Shown in pieces: positions 10,001-21,392 of a DNA stretch of 64,000 bases; the first letter of the stretch is position 1; every line of letters begins with the position of its first letter. Made by a program: the position numbers and the translations under genes. This DNA is from Candidatus Cloacimonadales bacterium. Its GTDB lineage: Bacteria; Cloacimonadota; Cloacimonadia; Cloacimonadales; JAFGVF01. Under the pieces are notes generated by a model. It had not been told where the DNA came from. It worked only from the letters and a program-made list of their open reading frames with translations, and did not search any database. The stretch covers positions 1,120,001 to 1,184,000 of the forward strand of contig OY782781.1 of NCBI GenBank assembly GCA_963678315.1. The letters are read 5' to 3'.

Positions 10001-12998
10001 AAATAGATCTCTTAATATATATAGTGATGGTACAAACTATTCTACTACTTTCCCTACAACTGTTCCTGCTGGGACACTTAAATCATATATTCCAGTTACT
10101 GGTTTTAATATTCAAGAAGTTTCAGCAGAATCTGAATTTACAGCTTCAGCAGATACATTAACATTTGAAGATCAAGTAATGGGAACTGTAAGTGATTCTC
10201 AAACACTTACAATAAGTAATATTGGTCTTGGTGACTTAGTAATCTCTAGTGTTGAACTTGTTGGTTCTAATGCTGTTGAATACGATTTCACAGACTTAAA
10301 TACTTATCCTGATACATTATCAACATCAGAAGTATTAAACTTTGCTGTTGTATATAGTCCTGAAACTGAAGGTGATCACCTTGCTACTATCGAAATTACT
10401 GATTCAGAAGCAACTGTTTATACTGTTGAGATAGTTGGTAATTCAGTAGATACAAATATCTATGCTGAAGATTTACCTTTCTCAAATAGTGGAGAAGATG
10501 ATAATTCATTCTTAGGTTGGTACTCATCAGTTCAATCAACTAGTGAATATGCAGCAATATCTATAAATGGTACAGAAACTAATGCTCATACTGGAACTAA
10601 CTCAGTTAGGTTCTACAACTCTGGTGATACTGCAGCAGAAATGATGCTTACTTCTCCAGTAATTGTTCCTGACTTTACTGGTCATAGAGCTAAATTCTGG
10701 ATTAAAGGTGATACAGCTGGTCAATTAATATTTGCTCTTTATGATGCTGATATGCAAATATTAACAGCTATTGATACTGTTGATGTTCCTCTTACTTATA
10801 CTCAATTCATCTATGAATTTGATACTAGTATGGATAACAAACGCTTAGTATTCAAACCAATCTTTGGTGGAACATATGATAATGTATATCTTGATGATGT
10901 AGAATTCGAAGTTACTCCACAAGTACCAGTAGCTGATATTTCAGTAACTGAATTAGCTTTTGGTGAAATTGAAGTTGGTGAAACATCAGGTGCTCAAACA
11001 ATTACTGTTTCTAATGTTGGTATTGGTGAAATGATTGTTTCAAATATTGAAATTACTGGTACTGATGCTGCTCTATTCGCATTTGACAATGTAGTTCTAC
11101 CTGACACTCTTATGGATAATGAAATGTTAGATATTAATGTAACATTCTCTCCAGATGCAGTAGGACCAAAAACAGCAACTCTTGTTATTTCAGATAATCT
11201 TAACAGAGCTTCTTACAATGTTACTTTAACTGGTGACGGTTGGGTTCCTCCTACTGGTTCTACATGTGTAGATCCTTTAGCATTAACTCTTCCAGCTGTT
11301 GATGTAACTGGTACAACTGAAGGCTTTGTTGATGACTATAGTTCTGCTGGTTTAGATATGTATTCTTCATATCTTGATGGTGATGATATTGTATATCAAT
11401 TTACATTAGAACAAGGTGCTTTACTTAATGGTACTGCAACTACAAGTGATGTAGCATTGGGCCTTTTCATAGTACAAGATGAACCAAACACAACAACTCC
11501 AGTTGAAGTTTTTGTATATGAAAATGCAGGATATAATGGAACATCTGTTACATTAACAGATGAATACCTTGCTGCTGGTGATTACTATCTAATCATCTCT
11601 TCATACGGTTACTATGCACAATCAATAGATTTCACACTTAACTTAACAGCAGATGCAATACCTGCTCCTGAAGCTGCTACTAACCCAACACCTGCTGATG
11701 AAGCAATTGATCAACCAACTGCTCTTACATTAGAATGGACCAATGCAGAATATACTGAAACAGTAGACTTATACTTCGGAACATCTCGTGGAAGAAGCAT
11801 GTCATTAGTTCTTGATAATGTGGCTGCTGTTGAAGAATATGCAGTAACTGATTTAACTCCAAATACTGAATATTCATGGAAAGTTGTTAATCGTAACTAC
11901 ACTGGTGAAACTGTTGATACACTTGTAACAACATGGACATTTACTACTATTGGATCTGCTCCTGAAGCAGTTACCTATACTTCTCCAACAGACGAATCTA
12001 CAGATAAAGAACTTAATGGTACTTTATCCTGGCAAGCTGCTACTGGTGCAAATGGATACAATGTATATCTTGATACAGATTCAACATTTACATCTGTAAC
12101 TCCTATAGACCAAACAGCAACTTCATACGACTATAGTGGCCTAGACTATTCAACTACTTACTACTGGAAAGTTGTTCCTTATAACGTAGTAGGTACACCT
12201 ACTGAAGGTGTTGAAATTTGGTCATTTACTACTATGGAAGATCCAACTATAGCTATGCCTGTTACTATAGATTTCGAAGGTTCTACTACTAATCCAGTTG
12301 AAATTACTGAAGAGAACTTTGGTATAACTAATGGACATAACACTATAACTAATGCTATGTATAAAAACATTTATAGCTCAAGCACTAATGGTTATATCCA
12401 ATTCCAAGCAATGAATGGTATTACCTCTTCTTCTGTAATTGAATTTGATTATAGAGTTACATTGTGGTCAGCTGGTACTACTGGCGTTACTTTTGAAGAT
12501 GATCACGATTATATTGTTGTAAATGCTTCTACTGATGCTGGTGCAACATTTACTCCAATAGCTTCAATAAACAATACTAACCATACTAATACAGCAGACT
12601 TTACAAGATTATCTGTTGATATCAGTGCTTATGAAGGTCAATCTGTTGTCTTCAGACTTGAAATGTTTGATGACACTGTAAATGATATGTGGTTTGACTT
12701 TGATAACTTCTACTTCGGTGAACCGGTTATTACTCAACCAGATGCTCCTGTTGATTTTGCAATTGTTGAAATTGCAACTGGTCTTGAGTTAACATGGACT
12801 GCTGTTGAAGGTGCTACAACTTATAAAGTTTATGGTTGTGCTACTCCAGACGGTGAATATACAATGATGACTGAAGGTCAAGTTGTAGAAGCTTCTTATG
12901 TTTACACAGAAGATGCTCCAATGATGTTCTTCAAGGTTTATGCATCTCCAGATGCTATGCCTTTAGGTAAGACAATTAGAAGAGCTAGAAGAAACTAA
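7062..12998 (+). CDS. Giant acidic modular secreted/surface protein (Fn3-like, cleaved-adhesin/MAM-like and choice-of-anchor D/ASH-like Ig repeats)
   Basis: 1978 aa; signal peptide; repeated YYWKVV.N...WSFTT, PYTENF...YLDDV and T(I/V)SN.G...L.I motifs; SD GGGAG. Confidence 0.88.
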   Translation: MKKNYLMVILLLLCVGFMYADQLELTGSAYGADSNPTEVTIDITGLPAGATITDLLVTTVWGNSTYIGSWYDVHLEINETSYPSVGLLTDQSYSDINGTVLTGHSVRAYTEDLDDYADSSTLYLTVKVEYTPAAGTPEAPILTLPADGALNQEITGSLEWTIGADTDTATLYIADNADFTDADMYAAATSPYAYSGLDLNTMYYWKVVAINNGSGIESQSSVYSFATEYGTATVPYTENFDSYDDGDLPDGWSIFNNSGSAYTYTEVETGYSVSGSNSFRMYNSSYTSSDIIASTPRMQTNGNRVKFSAKGSSDGTILYVGTMTDPLDNTTFTRLDSISLTTTHTIYTVNLSDVDAVDYVSFKHGHGSTYSYIYLDDVLVEEAPQGTQITISPEEADCGHYLQGATIADSVMVTVSNTGGTTATITEISVADLNNFAVSYTFAVPYELEAGSSFDVYVKTKSDYVGTHESNLVIKEQDPANPIVPIIHNATILSQILDSTGNDHNDPFVLTIADSIFAEGNSSAYDDNYDFDSSASVVYKLTLAQDKLMIISFEGSSFDTKMWVFNSFDQIDTATQNSDAWYYNDDESGSGTGGRFVEGPKTRDRATWSRMDQTLAGAGDYYIVLAGYGTASGDYQLHVMLEDIPAPMQATNPSPEDDAIDQATSLTLEWTNAQWTSMNDIYFGTVGNMTLLDENIDVTEEYLVENLSPTTEYEWKVVCKNLNGQTPADSVATWSFTTVGQAPEAAQYLSPDSLGTDVSLSGSLTWEAATGADGYYVYLSTDEFFSGVTPEDVNTNSYAYTNLDYDTRYFWKVVPYNVVGSPTEGIEVWQFETMASPFPEADIVFDGERSTGQSMPIEPYFGYTMTQNIYAQEEINVSDSAINSISYLYNNNSAWSETIEIYAKHTTKDTFADTYDWDLNGFTQVYSGTMTVDTTNPIVTIDFDTPFIYNNTDNLLIMFFATESGYNSGSDEFYNYSVEGNRSLNIYSDGTNYSTTFPTTVPAGTLKSYIPVTGFNIQEVSAESEFTASADTLTFEDQVMGTVSDSQTLTISNIGLGDLVISSVELVGSNAVEYDFTDLNTYPDTLSTSEVLNFAVVYSPETEGDHLATIEITDSEATVYTVEIVGNSVDTNIYAEDLPFSNSGEDDNSFLGWYSSVQSTSEYAAISINGTETNAHTGTNSVRFYNSGDTAAEMMLTSPVIVPDFTGHRAKFWIKGDTAGQLIFALYDADMQILTAIDTVDVPLTYTQFIYEFDTSMDNKRLVFKPIFGGTYDNVYLDDVEFEVTPQVPVADISVTELAFGEIEVGETSGAQTITVSNVGIGEMIVSNIEITGTDAALFAFDNVVLPDTLMDNEMLDINVTFSPDAVGPKTATLVISDNLNRASYNVTLTGDGWVPPTGSTCVDPLALTLPAVDVTGTTEGFVDDYSSAGLDMYSSYLDGDDIVYQFTLEQGALLNGTATTSDVALGLFIVQDEPNTTTPVEVFVYENAGYNGTSVTLTDEYLAAGDYYLIISSYGYYAQSIDFTLNLTADAIPAPEAATNPTPADEAIDQPTALTLEWTNAEYTETVDLYFGTSRGRSMSLVLDNVAAVEEYAVTDLTPNTEYSWKVVNRNYTGETVDTLVTTWTFTTIGSAPEAVTYTSPTDESTDKELNGTLSWQAATGANGYNVYLDTDSTFTSVTPIDQTATSYDYSGLDYSTTYYWKVVPYNVVGTPTEGVEIWSFTTMEDPTIAMPVTIDFEGSTTNPVEITEENFGITNGHNTITNAMYKNIYSSSTNGYIQFQAMNGITSSSVIEFDYRVTLWSAGTTGVTFEDDHDYIVVNASTDAGATFTPIASINNTNHTNTADFTRLSVDISAYEGQSVVFRLEMFDDTVNDMWFDFDNFYFGEPVITQPDAPVDFAIVEIATGLELTWTAVEGATTYKVYGCATPDGEYTMMTEGQVVEASYVYTEDAPMMFFKVYASPDAMPLGKTIRRARRN

Positions 12999-13024
12999 AT
13001 AAATTAACCTAACAATATAAAAGA

Positions 13025-13054
13025 AAACGCAGGCCTTCGGGCTTGCGTTTTTTC
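13025..13054 (+). terminator. Intrinsic terminator
   Basis: AACGCAGGCC-TTCG-GGCTTGCGTT plus T run just after the stop codon. Confidence 0.85.
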
Positions 13055-13231
13055 TATTATAGCCACAGATAACACAGAAAAACACGGATAAGAAAAGAAC
13101 TATACAAAGATCTTAATTATCCACTAATTACACTAATATCACAAATTAGAAAAGAAAACCTCCCAACTCTCCTTCTCAACTCTCAACCCCTCAACATCAC
13201 AATTTTCAACAAGTGCAATAAAAAAAATAAT

Positions 13232-13261
13232 TTGACATGATTTAGCTATTGTAACTAATTT
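13232..13261 (+). promoter_or_regulatory. Possible sigma70 promoter for giant surface protein 2
   Basis: TTGACA at 13232-13237; weak -10 TAATTT at 13256-13261. Confidence 0.4.
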
Positions 13262-13276
13262 AACGCTGTTAAGGTA

Positions 13277-13376
13277 GGAAACTTAACTAGTATAACGTAT
13301 AACAAAGACTTTGAAGTATAGTAAAATGCCACACCACATACCATTACATCTTTGTTAAAAACAATAGTAAGTTTCC
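13277..13376 (+). ncRNA. Candidate structured 5' leader hairpin with CACCAC apex (fourth copy)
   Basis: GGAAACTTA/TAAGTTTCC and TAACAAAGA/TCTTTGTTA stems enclosing TGAAGTATAGT...CACACCACA, matching TGAAGTGTAGT...CACACCACA in leader 1. Confidence 0.5.
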
Positions 13377-13439
13377 ATTAGAATTGTTTTATTTACAAAA
13401 TAAAACCGCACATTTAATTATTATGGGAGAAATGTTTTT

Positions 13440-16400
13440 ATGAAAAAACACCTTTTTTTACTTATATTTGTTATTTTTTCAATAACTAGTATATTCTCAT
13501 TAACCTACACCTTAAGTTTAGCTGATAGCTACGGTGATGGTTGGAATGGTGGATCTATTGATGTCCTCGTTAATGATGTTGTCGTTATTGACGACGCGAC
13601 AATCTCTTCAGGTAACTCATATACAGAGACTTTTGAAGTTAATGGTCTGGATGTAATTACTACTGCATACACTGCTGGTAGTTGGGGTAGTGAAAACTCA
13701 TATCAAATTTTAAACGAAACAGGAACAGTTGTAGCCGAATCAGGACAATCTGGAATTCCTAGTGATGTTGAATACACTGTACCTGAAGTTATTGCTGGTA
13801 CACCTGATGTACCAACAGTTCTTGGTCCTTCTAACAACTCACAAAACCTAGCACTTGATACAACTATTGAGTGGACAACTGGTGAAAATACAGAGTTAGT
13901 AAAATTATACTTCTCTGAAAATGCTGATTTAACAGATGCGATTATTGTTAATCCAGCAACAACTCCTTATGTACCAACATTAGAAAACAATGTTACCTAT
14001 TACTGGAAACTTGTTGCTGTTGGTCCTACAAATATTGAAGTTGAAACACAAATTTATAACTTTACAACAGAATATGGAATGGTTGAGCTTCCTTATAGTG
14101 AAAACTTTGACGATATTTCATTTAATGAAACTCCAGCTGGCTGGTCTTTTATAAATACTTCTACATCTACATATGCTTGGATCAATGTTAAAGATATAGC
14201 TCCTTTTAATGGAAGTAATCATGTAAGAATGTATAATTCATATTACACAGATGTTGAGCTAGCTGCAGTAACTCCAAAAGTTGTTTTTGACGGTAATAGA
14301 GTTAGATTCCAAGCTCAAGCTGATGATACAGATGTTTCTGTTGTTGTCGGATATATGACTGATCCGTCAAACTTAGAAACATTTACAGAAATTACAACAT
14401 TCAATTTAACCGCTGAATATGCTTCATATAATGTAGCTTTACCTAGCAATGTAACTGATGGATATCTTGCTTTCAGACATGGTATGACTGCTAATTATCA
14501 AACTCTTGATATAGATGATGTTAATATTGAAGAAATTCCTTCTACTCCAATAGCACAAATAGCAACTGATGACTTAGATTTTGGATCTTCAGTTCTTAAT
14601 GAAACTTCAGAAGCTCAGGATGTAACTCTTACTAATATTGGTGGTGGAACACTTAATGTTTCTTCTGTAACAATTACAGGTACAAATGCAGACCAATTCT
14701 TAGTTTCAGACAATAGTGATTATGCACTAGAAGCTAATGAATCAATGGTTGCAAGTGTTAGCTATAATCCAACTCTAGCTGGTCAGCATACTGCTACTCT
14801 TGAAATTACAGATGATTTAGATACTTACCAAATAGCTTTAACAGGCCAAGGTGTTGATACAAATATCTATGAAATCAATATTCCTTATACACAAGATTTT
14901 GAAACTGAAGAGGGTTTCTTAGGTTGGACATCTAATATTAACTCTACAAGTGATTATGCTTCAGCAGAAAGATATAGTTCATCTTATTCTGCTAATAATG
15001 GAACTTATTCATTTAAATTCTATAATTCAAGTGATACAGATGCTGTATGTGACCTAGTTTCACCAGTAATAGTACCAGACATGGATGCTTATAGAGTGAA
15101 ATTCTTTGCTAAAGGTGATGGCTCAATTGTTGTAGGTAAATTAAATACTAGTGATGAATTTACCTTTGTTGATTCATTAGATTTAAACTCTACATACACT
15201 GAATATACCGTTAATATGGAAGTAAGCAGAGCTAATGAAAGATTAGTTTTCAGAACAACTTTTGATAGTTCATCAGATTATGTGTATCTTGATGATGTAT
15301 TATTCGAAGAAGCTCCAGAAGGTTCTTTAGTGACTATCAGCCCAGATTCACATGATTTTGAAAGTAAAATGATTAATAGTGAATCTGCTCCTATAACATT
15401 TACTATTTCTAATGATGGAGTTATTGCTTCAGAAATAACAGAAATTTCAATAAATGGTGAAGGATTTGTGCTTTCACATGAAATTGAAAGTTTTTCTTAT
15501 CTATTAGAACCAAACACATCTATTGATGTTCAAGTTGCGTTTGCTCCAGAAGCTATCATGAATTATAATGCTCAGCTTGTTGTAAAAGAAGCTACTTCAA
15601 ATCCGTTTGTTCCTAATGTATATACATCTGATTTAACTGGTCAAGGTCTTGATAATCAAGGTAACGACCATACAAATCCATTTGTTATGTCACTTGCTGA
15701 TACTATTGTTGTAACAGGCAATACAGAAGACTTTGAAAATACCTACAGCTGGGCTACATCTCCATCTGTTGTTTACTCAATTACTTTAGAAGAAACTCAA
15801 TTAATGAGTGTTTCTTTAGAAGGTACTTCTTGGGATACAAAACTTTGGATATTTAACTCTACAGAGCAAATAGAATCAGCTACAGTTGGTGCAGATGCTT
15901 GGTACTTCAATGATGATGAAGGTTCTGCTTCAACAGGTGGTAGAAAAGATAGAACAAGAGCTACTTGGTCTAAAATGAATGATACATTCACACCTGCTGG
16001 AACATATTATATTGTTGTTACAGGTTATAATTCAAATTCAGGTGAATATACTTGTACAGTTGTTACAAGTGAAGTCCCAGCACCTCAATATACTACTAAT
16101 CCAACACCTGCAGATTCATTAACAGGTGTTCCAACAGCTCAACTCCTTAGCTGGTCTAACCCTGAATATACAGAAACTATTGATTTATGGTTTGGTACTG
16201 AAGGTAACATGAACTTAGTTCTTGATAATGTTGATGCTGTTGAAGAATATCAACCTACAGAATTAACTTCTAATACAACTTACCAATGGAAAGTTATTGC
16301 ACGCAACTTTAATGGCCAAACACCTGCTGACTCAGTAGCAACCTGGTCATTTACTACAATCGGTCAAGCTCCAGACCCTGTAGCTTACACTTCACCTGCA

Positions 16401-19016
16401 GATGCTTCAGTAGATACTGATTTAACTGTTACATTAAATTGGAACAGCTCAGCTTCTGCTGATGAATACAAAGTTTACTTTGCTACAAGTGAAGATTTAT
16501 CTGCTGTTACTCCTGTTGTTCAAACAGAAACTTCTTATGAAGTTAGTGACTTAGACTACGCAACTACTTATTATTGGATGGTTGTTCCTTCTAATATTAT
16601 TGGTGATGCTGAAGGTGCTGAAACATGGTCTTTCACTACTATGGAATCTCCATTCCCAGCAGCTGACCTTGTTTTTGATGGTGAAAGATCTACTAATCAG
16701 AATATGCCAATAGAACCATTTTATGGTTATACATTAACACAAAATATCTACTTACAGTCAGAACTAAATATTGAAAATCATGCTATCTCAGAGATTTCTT
16801 ATTTATACAACAATAATAGTGCTTGGACTGATAATGTAATTATTTATATGGGTCATACTTCAAAAACTGAATTTGAAAGTACTACTGACTGGATAAATAC
16901 TGATTTAACTGAAGTGTTTAATGGTGATTTTACTACAACTACTGATAATCCAGTTGTTAACATTTCTTTAAGTACACCATTTGTCTATAATAACAGCGAT
17001 AATTTAATCGTTTGTGTATTTGAAAACTCTTCAGGTTATCATGCAAGCAATGATGAATTCTATAACTTCTCAGTATCTAGTAATAGATCACTAAACTACA
17101 AGAACGATTCAACTAATCCTTATACATTAGGTTTTGATGCTTTACCAACTGGTACTTTAAAACCTTATCTTCCTGTTACTGGTTTCAACTTCCAAGAAGT
17201 CTCTGCAGAGCCTCAATTTACAGCAAGTTCTGATACTTTATTCTTTGTTGACCAAATTATGAATACTGTAAGTGGTATCCAGAACCTAGTAATTAGTAAC
17301 TTAGGGCTTGGTGATTTAACTATTAACTCAGTAGCATTAGCTGGTGCAAATGCTGTAGAGTTTGATTTAACAGATGAAAATGCGTATCCTGCAACATTAG
17401 CTACTTCAGAAATATTGACAGTTTCTCTTGTTTATAGTCCAGAAACTGCTGGTGACCACCTTGCAACAATAGAAATTGTCGATGGTGATAATACAAGTCA
17501 TATAGTTGAATTAGTTGGTAATTCAATAGATACAAATATCTATGAAACTGATTTACCTTATTCTAATGGTTTTGAAGAAGAGACTAGTCTTCTAGGTTGG
17601 ACTTCTGTTGTTGAATCAACTTCAGATTATGCATCACTAGAACTTACAACTTCATCTTCTTATATCCATTCTGGTTCAAAAGCTATGAAACTATATAACT
17701 CTGGTGATATTGATGCTAACTTATCTCTTACATCTCCAATAATTGTTCCTGATTTTGATGGTTATAGATTAAAATTCTGGGCTAGAAGTAATTCAACTAG
17801 TAGATTAGTTATATCTACTATTGATCAAGCTATGGAAAATACAACATTAATAGATACTATTGATGTTACTTCTACATATACTGAATTCTTATATGATTTC
17901 CCTATAGTTAGAGCTAACACTAGATTAGTATTTACTCCAGTATTTACATCTACTTATAATAGTGTTTATCTTGATGATATCAGTTTTACAGCTACACCAT
18001 TAGTAGCTATCGCAGAAGTAAGTGAAAATCAACTTGCTTTTGGTGATGTTCCTGTTGAAGATACTTCATCATCTCAAACTGTTACTATTACTAATATTGG
18101 TGCAAGTATTCTTAATGTTAACAATATTGAAATTATTGGTGATGATGCAGAAATGTTCTCATTCTCTACAGAAGAAGAAGCTTCAACTGCTCTTGCTAGT
18201 CAAGAAAACTTAGAAATATCAGTTACTTTTATTCCTTCATCAGAAGGTGAAAAGACTGCAACATTAGTTATAACTGATGATTTAACTAGAACAGCTCATA
18301 ATGTTACTCTTACAGGTAATGGTTGGGTTATTCCTGCTGGTACAGATTGTTCTGATCCTTTAGCTTTAACACTTCCTGCTGTTGATGTTACTGGTAATAC
18401 AGGTGACTATGGTGATGATTATAGTTCAGCTATGGTTTCTCCTTCATCAAGTTACCTTAATGGTGACGATGTTGTTTACCAATTCACAGTTAATACAGAT
18501 GTAACTCTTGATGGTACAATTACAACCACTGGTTCTTGGATGGGTGCATTTATTCTTGCAGACGAACCAAATGCAACTACACCGGCTGCTGTTGAAATTC
18601 AAAAAACTACATCAGGAACTAGCTTAACATACTCAGCAGAAGCTTTACCGGCTGGTACTTATTTCTTGATCATATCAACTTACCCAACTCCTCAAGCAAT
18701 TGATTATACTATCAACTTAACTGCTACTCCAGTAGTAACCCAACCAGATACTCCTGTAGATTTCGTAATCGAAAGCTCAGAAGCTGGTATGGTTCTAACA
18801 TGGAATGAAGTTGAAGGTGCTACAACTTATAAAGTTTATGGATATGAAAGCCCTAGTGCTATTCCAGTTGACTTAACAAATGAAACACCTATAGCACAAG
18901 TTGAAACTGAAACTTACACATACACAGAAGATGCTCCTATGATGTTCTTCAAAGTTATTGCATCTACAGATGAAATGACTTCTGCAAAAACAATTAGAAG
19001 AGCTAGAAGAAACTAA
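13440..19016 (+). CDS. Giant acidic modular secreted/surface protein, paralog of 7062-12998
   Basis: 1858 aa; signal peptide; DSYGDGWNG N-terminal module; same module set; shared blocks such as NGQTPADSVATWSFTT and TIRRARRN. Confidence 0.88.
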   Translation: MKKHLFLLIFVIFSITSIFSLTYTLSLADSYGDGWNGGSIDVLVNDVVVIDDATISSGNSYTETFEVNGLDVITTAYTAGSWGSENSYQILNETGTVVAESGQSGIPSDVEYTVPEVIAGTPDVPTVLGPSNNSQNLALDTTIEWTTGENTELVKLYFSENADLTDAIIVNPATTPYVPTLENNVTYYWKLVAVGPTNIEVETQIYNFTTEYGMVELPYSENFDDISFNETPAGWSFINTSTSTYAWINVKDIAPFNGSNHVRMYNSYYTDVELAAVTPKVVFDGNRVRFQAQADDTDVSVVVGYMTDPSNLETFTEITTFNLTAEYASYNVALPSNVTDGYLAFRHGMTANYQTLDIDDVNIEEIPSTPIAQIATDDLDFGSSVLNETSEAQDVTLTNIGGGTLNVSSVTITGTNADQFLVSDNSDYALEANESMVASVSYNPTLAGQHTATLEITDDLDTYQIALTGQGVDTNIYEINIPYTQDFETEEGFLGWTSNINSTSDYASAERYSSSYSANNGTYSFKFYNSSDTDAVCDLVSPVIVPDMDAYRVKFFAKGDGSIVVGKLNTSDEFTFVDSLDLNSTYTEYTVNMEVSRANERLVFRTTFDSSSDYVYLDDVLFEEAPEGSLVTISPDSHDFESKMINSESAPITFTISNDGVIASEITEISINGEGFVLSHEIESFSYLLEPNTSIDVQVAFAPEAIMNYNAQLVVKEATSNPFVPNVYTSDLTGQGLDNQGNDHTNPFVMSLADTIVVTGNTEDFENTYSWATSPSVVYSITLEETQLMSVSLEGTSWDTKLWIFNSTEQIESATVGADAWYFNDDEGSASTGGRKDRTRATWSKMNDTFTPAGTYYIVVTGYNSNSGEYTCTVVTSEVPAPQYTTNPTPADSLTGVPTAQLLSWSNPEYTETIDLWFGTEGNMNLVLDNVDAVEEYQPTELTSNTTYQWKVIARNFNGQTPADSVATWSFTTIGQAPDPVAYTSPADASVDTDLTVTLNWNSSASADEYKVYFATSEDLSAVTPVVQTETSYEVSDLDYATTYYWMVVPSNIIGDAEGAETWSFTTMESPFPAADLVFDGERSTNQNMPIEPFYGYTLTQNIYLQSELNIENHAISEISYLYNNNSAWTDNVIIYMGHTSKTEFESTTDWINTDLTEVFNGDFTTTTDNPVVNISLSTPFVYNNSDNLIVCVFENSSGYHASNDEFYNFSVSSNRSLNYKNDSTNPYTLGFDALPTGTLKPYLPVTGFNFQEVSAEPQFTASSDTLFFVDQIMNTVSGIQNLVISNLGLGDLTINSVALAGANAVEFDLTDENAYPATLATSEILTVSLVYSPETAGDHLATIEIVDGDNTSHIVELVGNSIDTNIYETDLPYSNGFEEETSLLGWTSVVESTSDYASLELTTSSSYIHSGSKAMKLYNSGDIDANLSLTSPIIVPDFDGYRLKFWARSNSTSRLVISTIDQAMENTTLIDTIDVTSTYTEFLYDFPIVRANTRLVFTPVFTSTYNSVYLDDISFTATPLVAIAEVSENQLAFGDVPVEDTSSSQTVTITNIGASILNVNNIEIIGDDAEMFSFSTEEEASTALASQENLEISVTFIPSSEGEKTATLVITDDLTRTAHNVTLTGNGWVIPAGTDCSDPLALTLPAVDVTGNTGDYGDDYSSAMVSPSSSYLNGDDVVYQFTVNTDVTLDGTITTTGSWMGAFILADEPNATTPAAVEIQKTTSGTSLTYSAEALPAGTYFLIISTYPTPQAIDYTINLTATPVVTQPDTPVDFVIESSEAGMVLTWNEVEGATTYKVYGYESPSAIPVDLTNETPIAQVETETYTYTEDAPMMFFKVIASTDEMTSAKTIRRARRN

Positions 19017-19041
19017 ATAAATAAACTAACAATATAAAAGA

Positions 19042-19071
19042 AAGCGCAGACCTTGAGGTTTGCGCTTTTTT
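19042..19071 (+). terminator. Intrinsic terminator
   Basis: AGCGCAGACC-TTGA-GGTTTGCGCT plus T run; compensatory variant of the 13025 terminator. Confidence 0.85.
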
Positions 19072-19129
19072 GCTTCAACTACATTTTGCTCAGATATGTG
19101 TGCTTCTAGCCTTGAAACTGTCTGTTAAT

Positions 19130-19207
19130 CCTAACTCCACTCCTAACTGCCTATGTCCCCTTGCCCTACCTGCATAAAAAGGCAATTTAATGCAGGAGCC
19201 AGTAAGA
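19130..19207. repeat. Family D palindromic repeat
   Basis: CTCCTAACTGCC...CCTGCATAAAAAGGCAATTTAATGCAGGAG; related copies at ~36658-36723, ~46585-46650 and ~60733-60790. Confidence 0.6.
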
Positions 19208-19442
19208 TTAAAAGGCATATTCAGACGAAGTACATTGATTTTTTACTAAATATTTTACTTGAATTTTAATATAGGCCAGCCTTGTTTTGTTACTTGAAAA
19301 ACTAAAAAACAACTACAAAATGTTGAAATATAAAAATATTATCATATATTTTTAAAGTCTATAAATACATGATATTTATAGTGATAAATAAATATAAAGT
19401 CGGCATATCTAAAATAAAAACATAAAAAGATTAAAATAAGTA

Positions 19443-19533
19443 TTGACAAGAAAGCAGGCTCTTATAGTTTAACACAACCGATGCACGGGAGCTAAGGAAA
19501 CGAAGCGACAGAGCAGAGGTAATGATCTTTGAA
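19443..19533 (+). promoter_or_regulatory. rRNA operon promoter and boxA-like antitermination site
   Basis: TTGACA at 19443-19448 with AT-rich upstream element; TGATCTTTGAAA at 19522-19533. Confidence 0.6.
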
Positions 19534-19609
19534 AGTTAAATTAAAAGTTTTTATAGAGTGAGAGAATGAATGTGAACTTGCGAGAGACAGAGAAAAACGA
19601 TTTTTATTA

Positions 19610-21146
<1,537 letters not shown>

Positions 21147-21234
21147 AAAGGAGAAATGTTTCTCGACGAGTTCACTTTCATTCTTTCATGATTATAGGGA
21201 CTTTTTTAATCTATATAGTTTCTGATTAAAATAT

Positions 21235-21311
<77 letters not shown>

Positions 21312-21316
21312 GTTGT

Positions 21317-21392
21317 GGGGGATTAGCTCAGTTGGGAGAGCACCTGCTTTGCAAGCAGGGGGTCAACGGTTCGAGCCCGTTATTCTCCACCA
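21317..21392 (+). tRNA. tRNA-Ala (TGC)
   Basis: Cloverleaf, anticodon loop TTTGCAA, G3:U70 pair, encoded CCA. Confidence 0.97.

Noticed and set aside
7406..18213. Short alternative-frame and antisense ORFs inside the giant genes (likewise inside comEC, dxr, gpsA, pgs genes, 47490-51179 and rbr)
   Set aside because: Shadows of codon bias with no motifs or ribosome-binding sites
7062..19016. Diversity-generating retroelement template/variable repeat pair
   Set aside because: No reverse transcriptase in the window, and differences between the similar 3' ends are not adenine-specific
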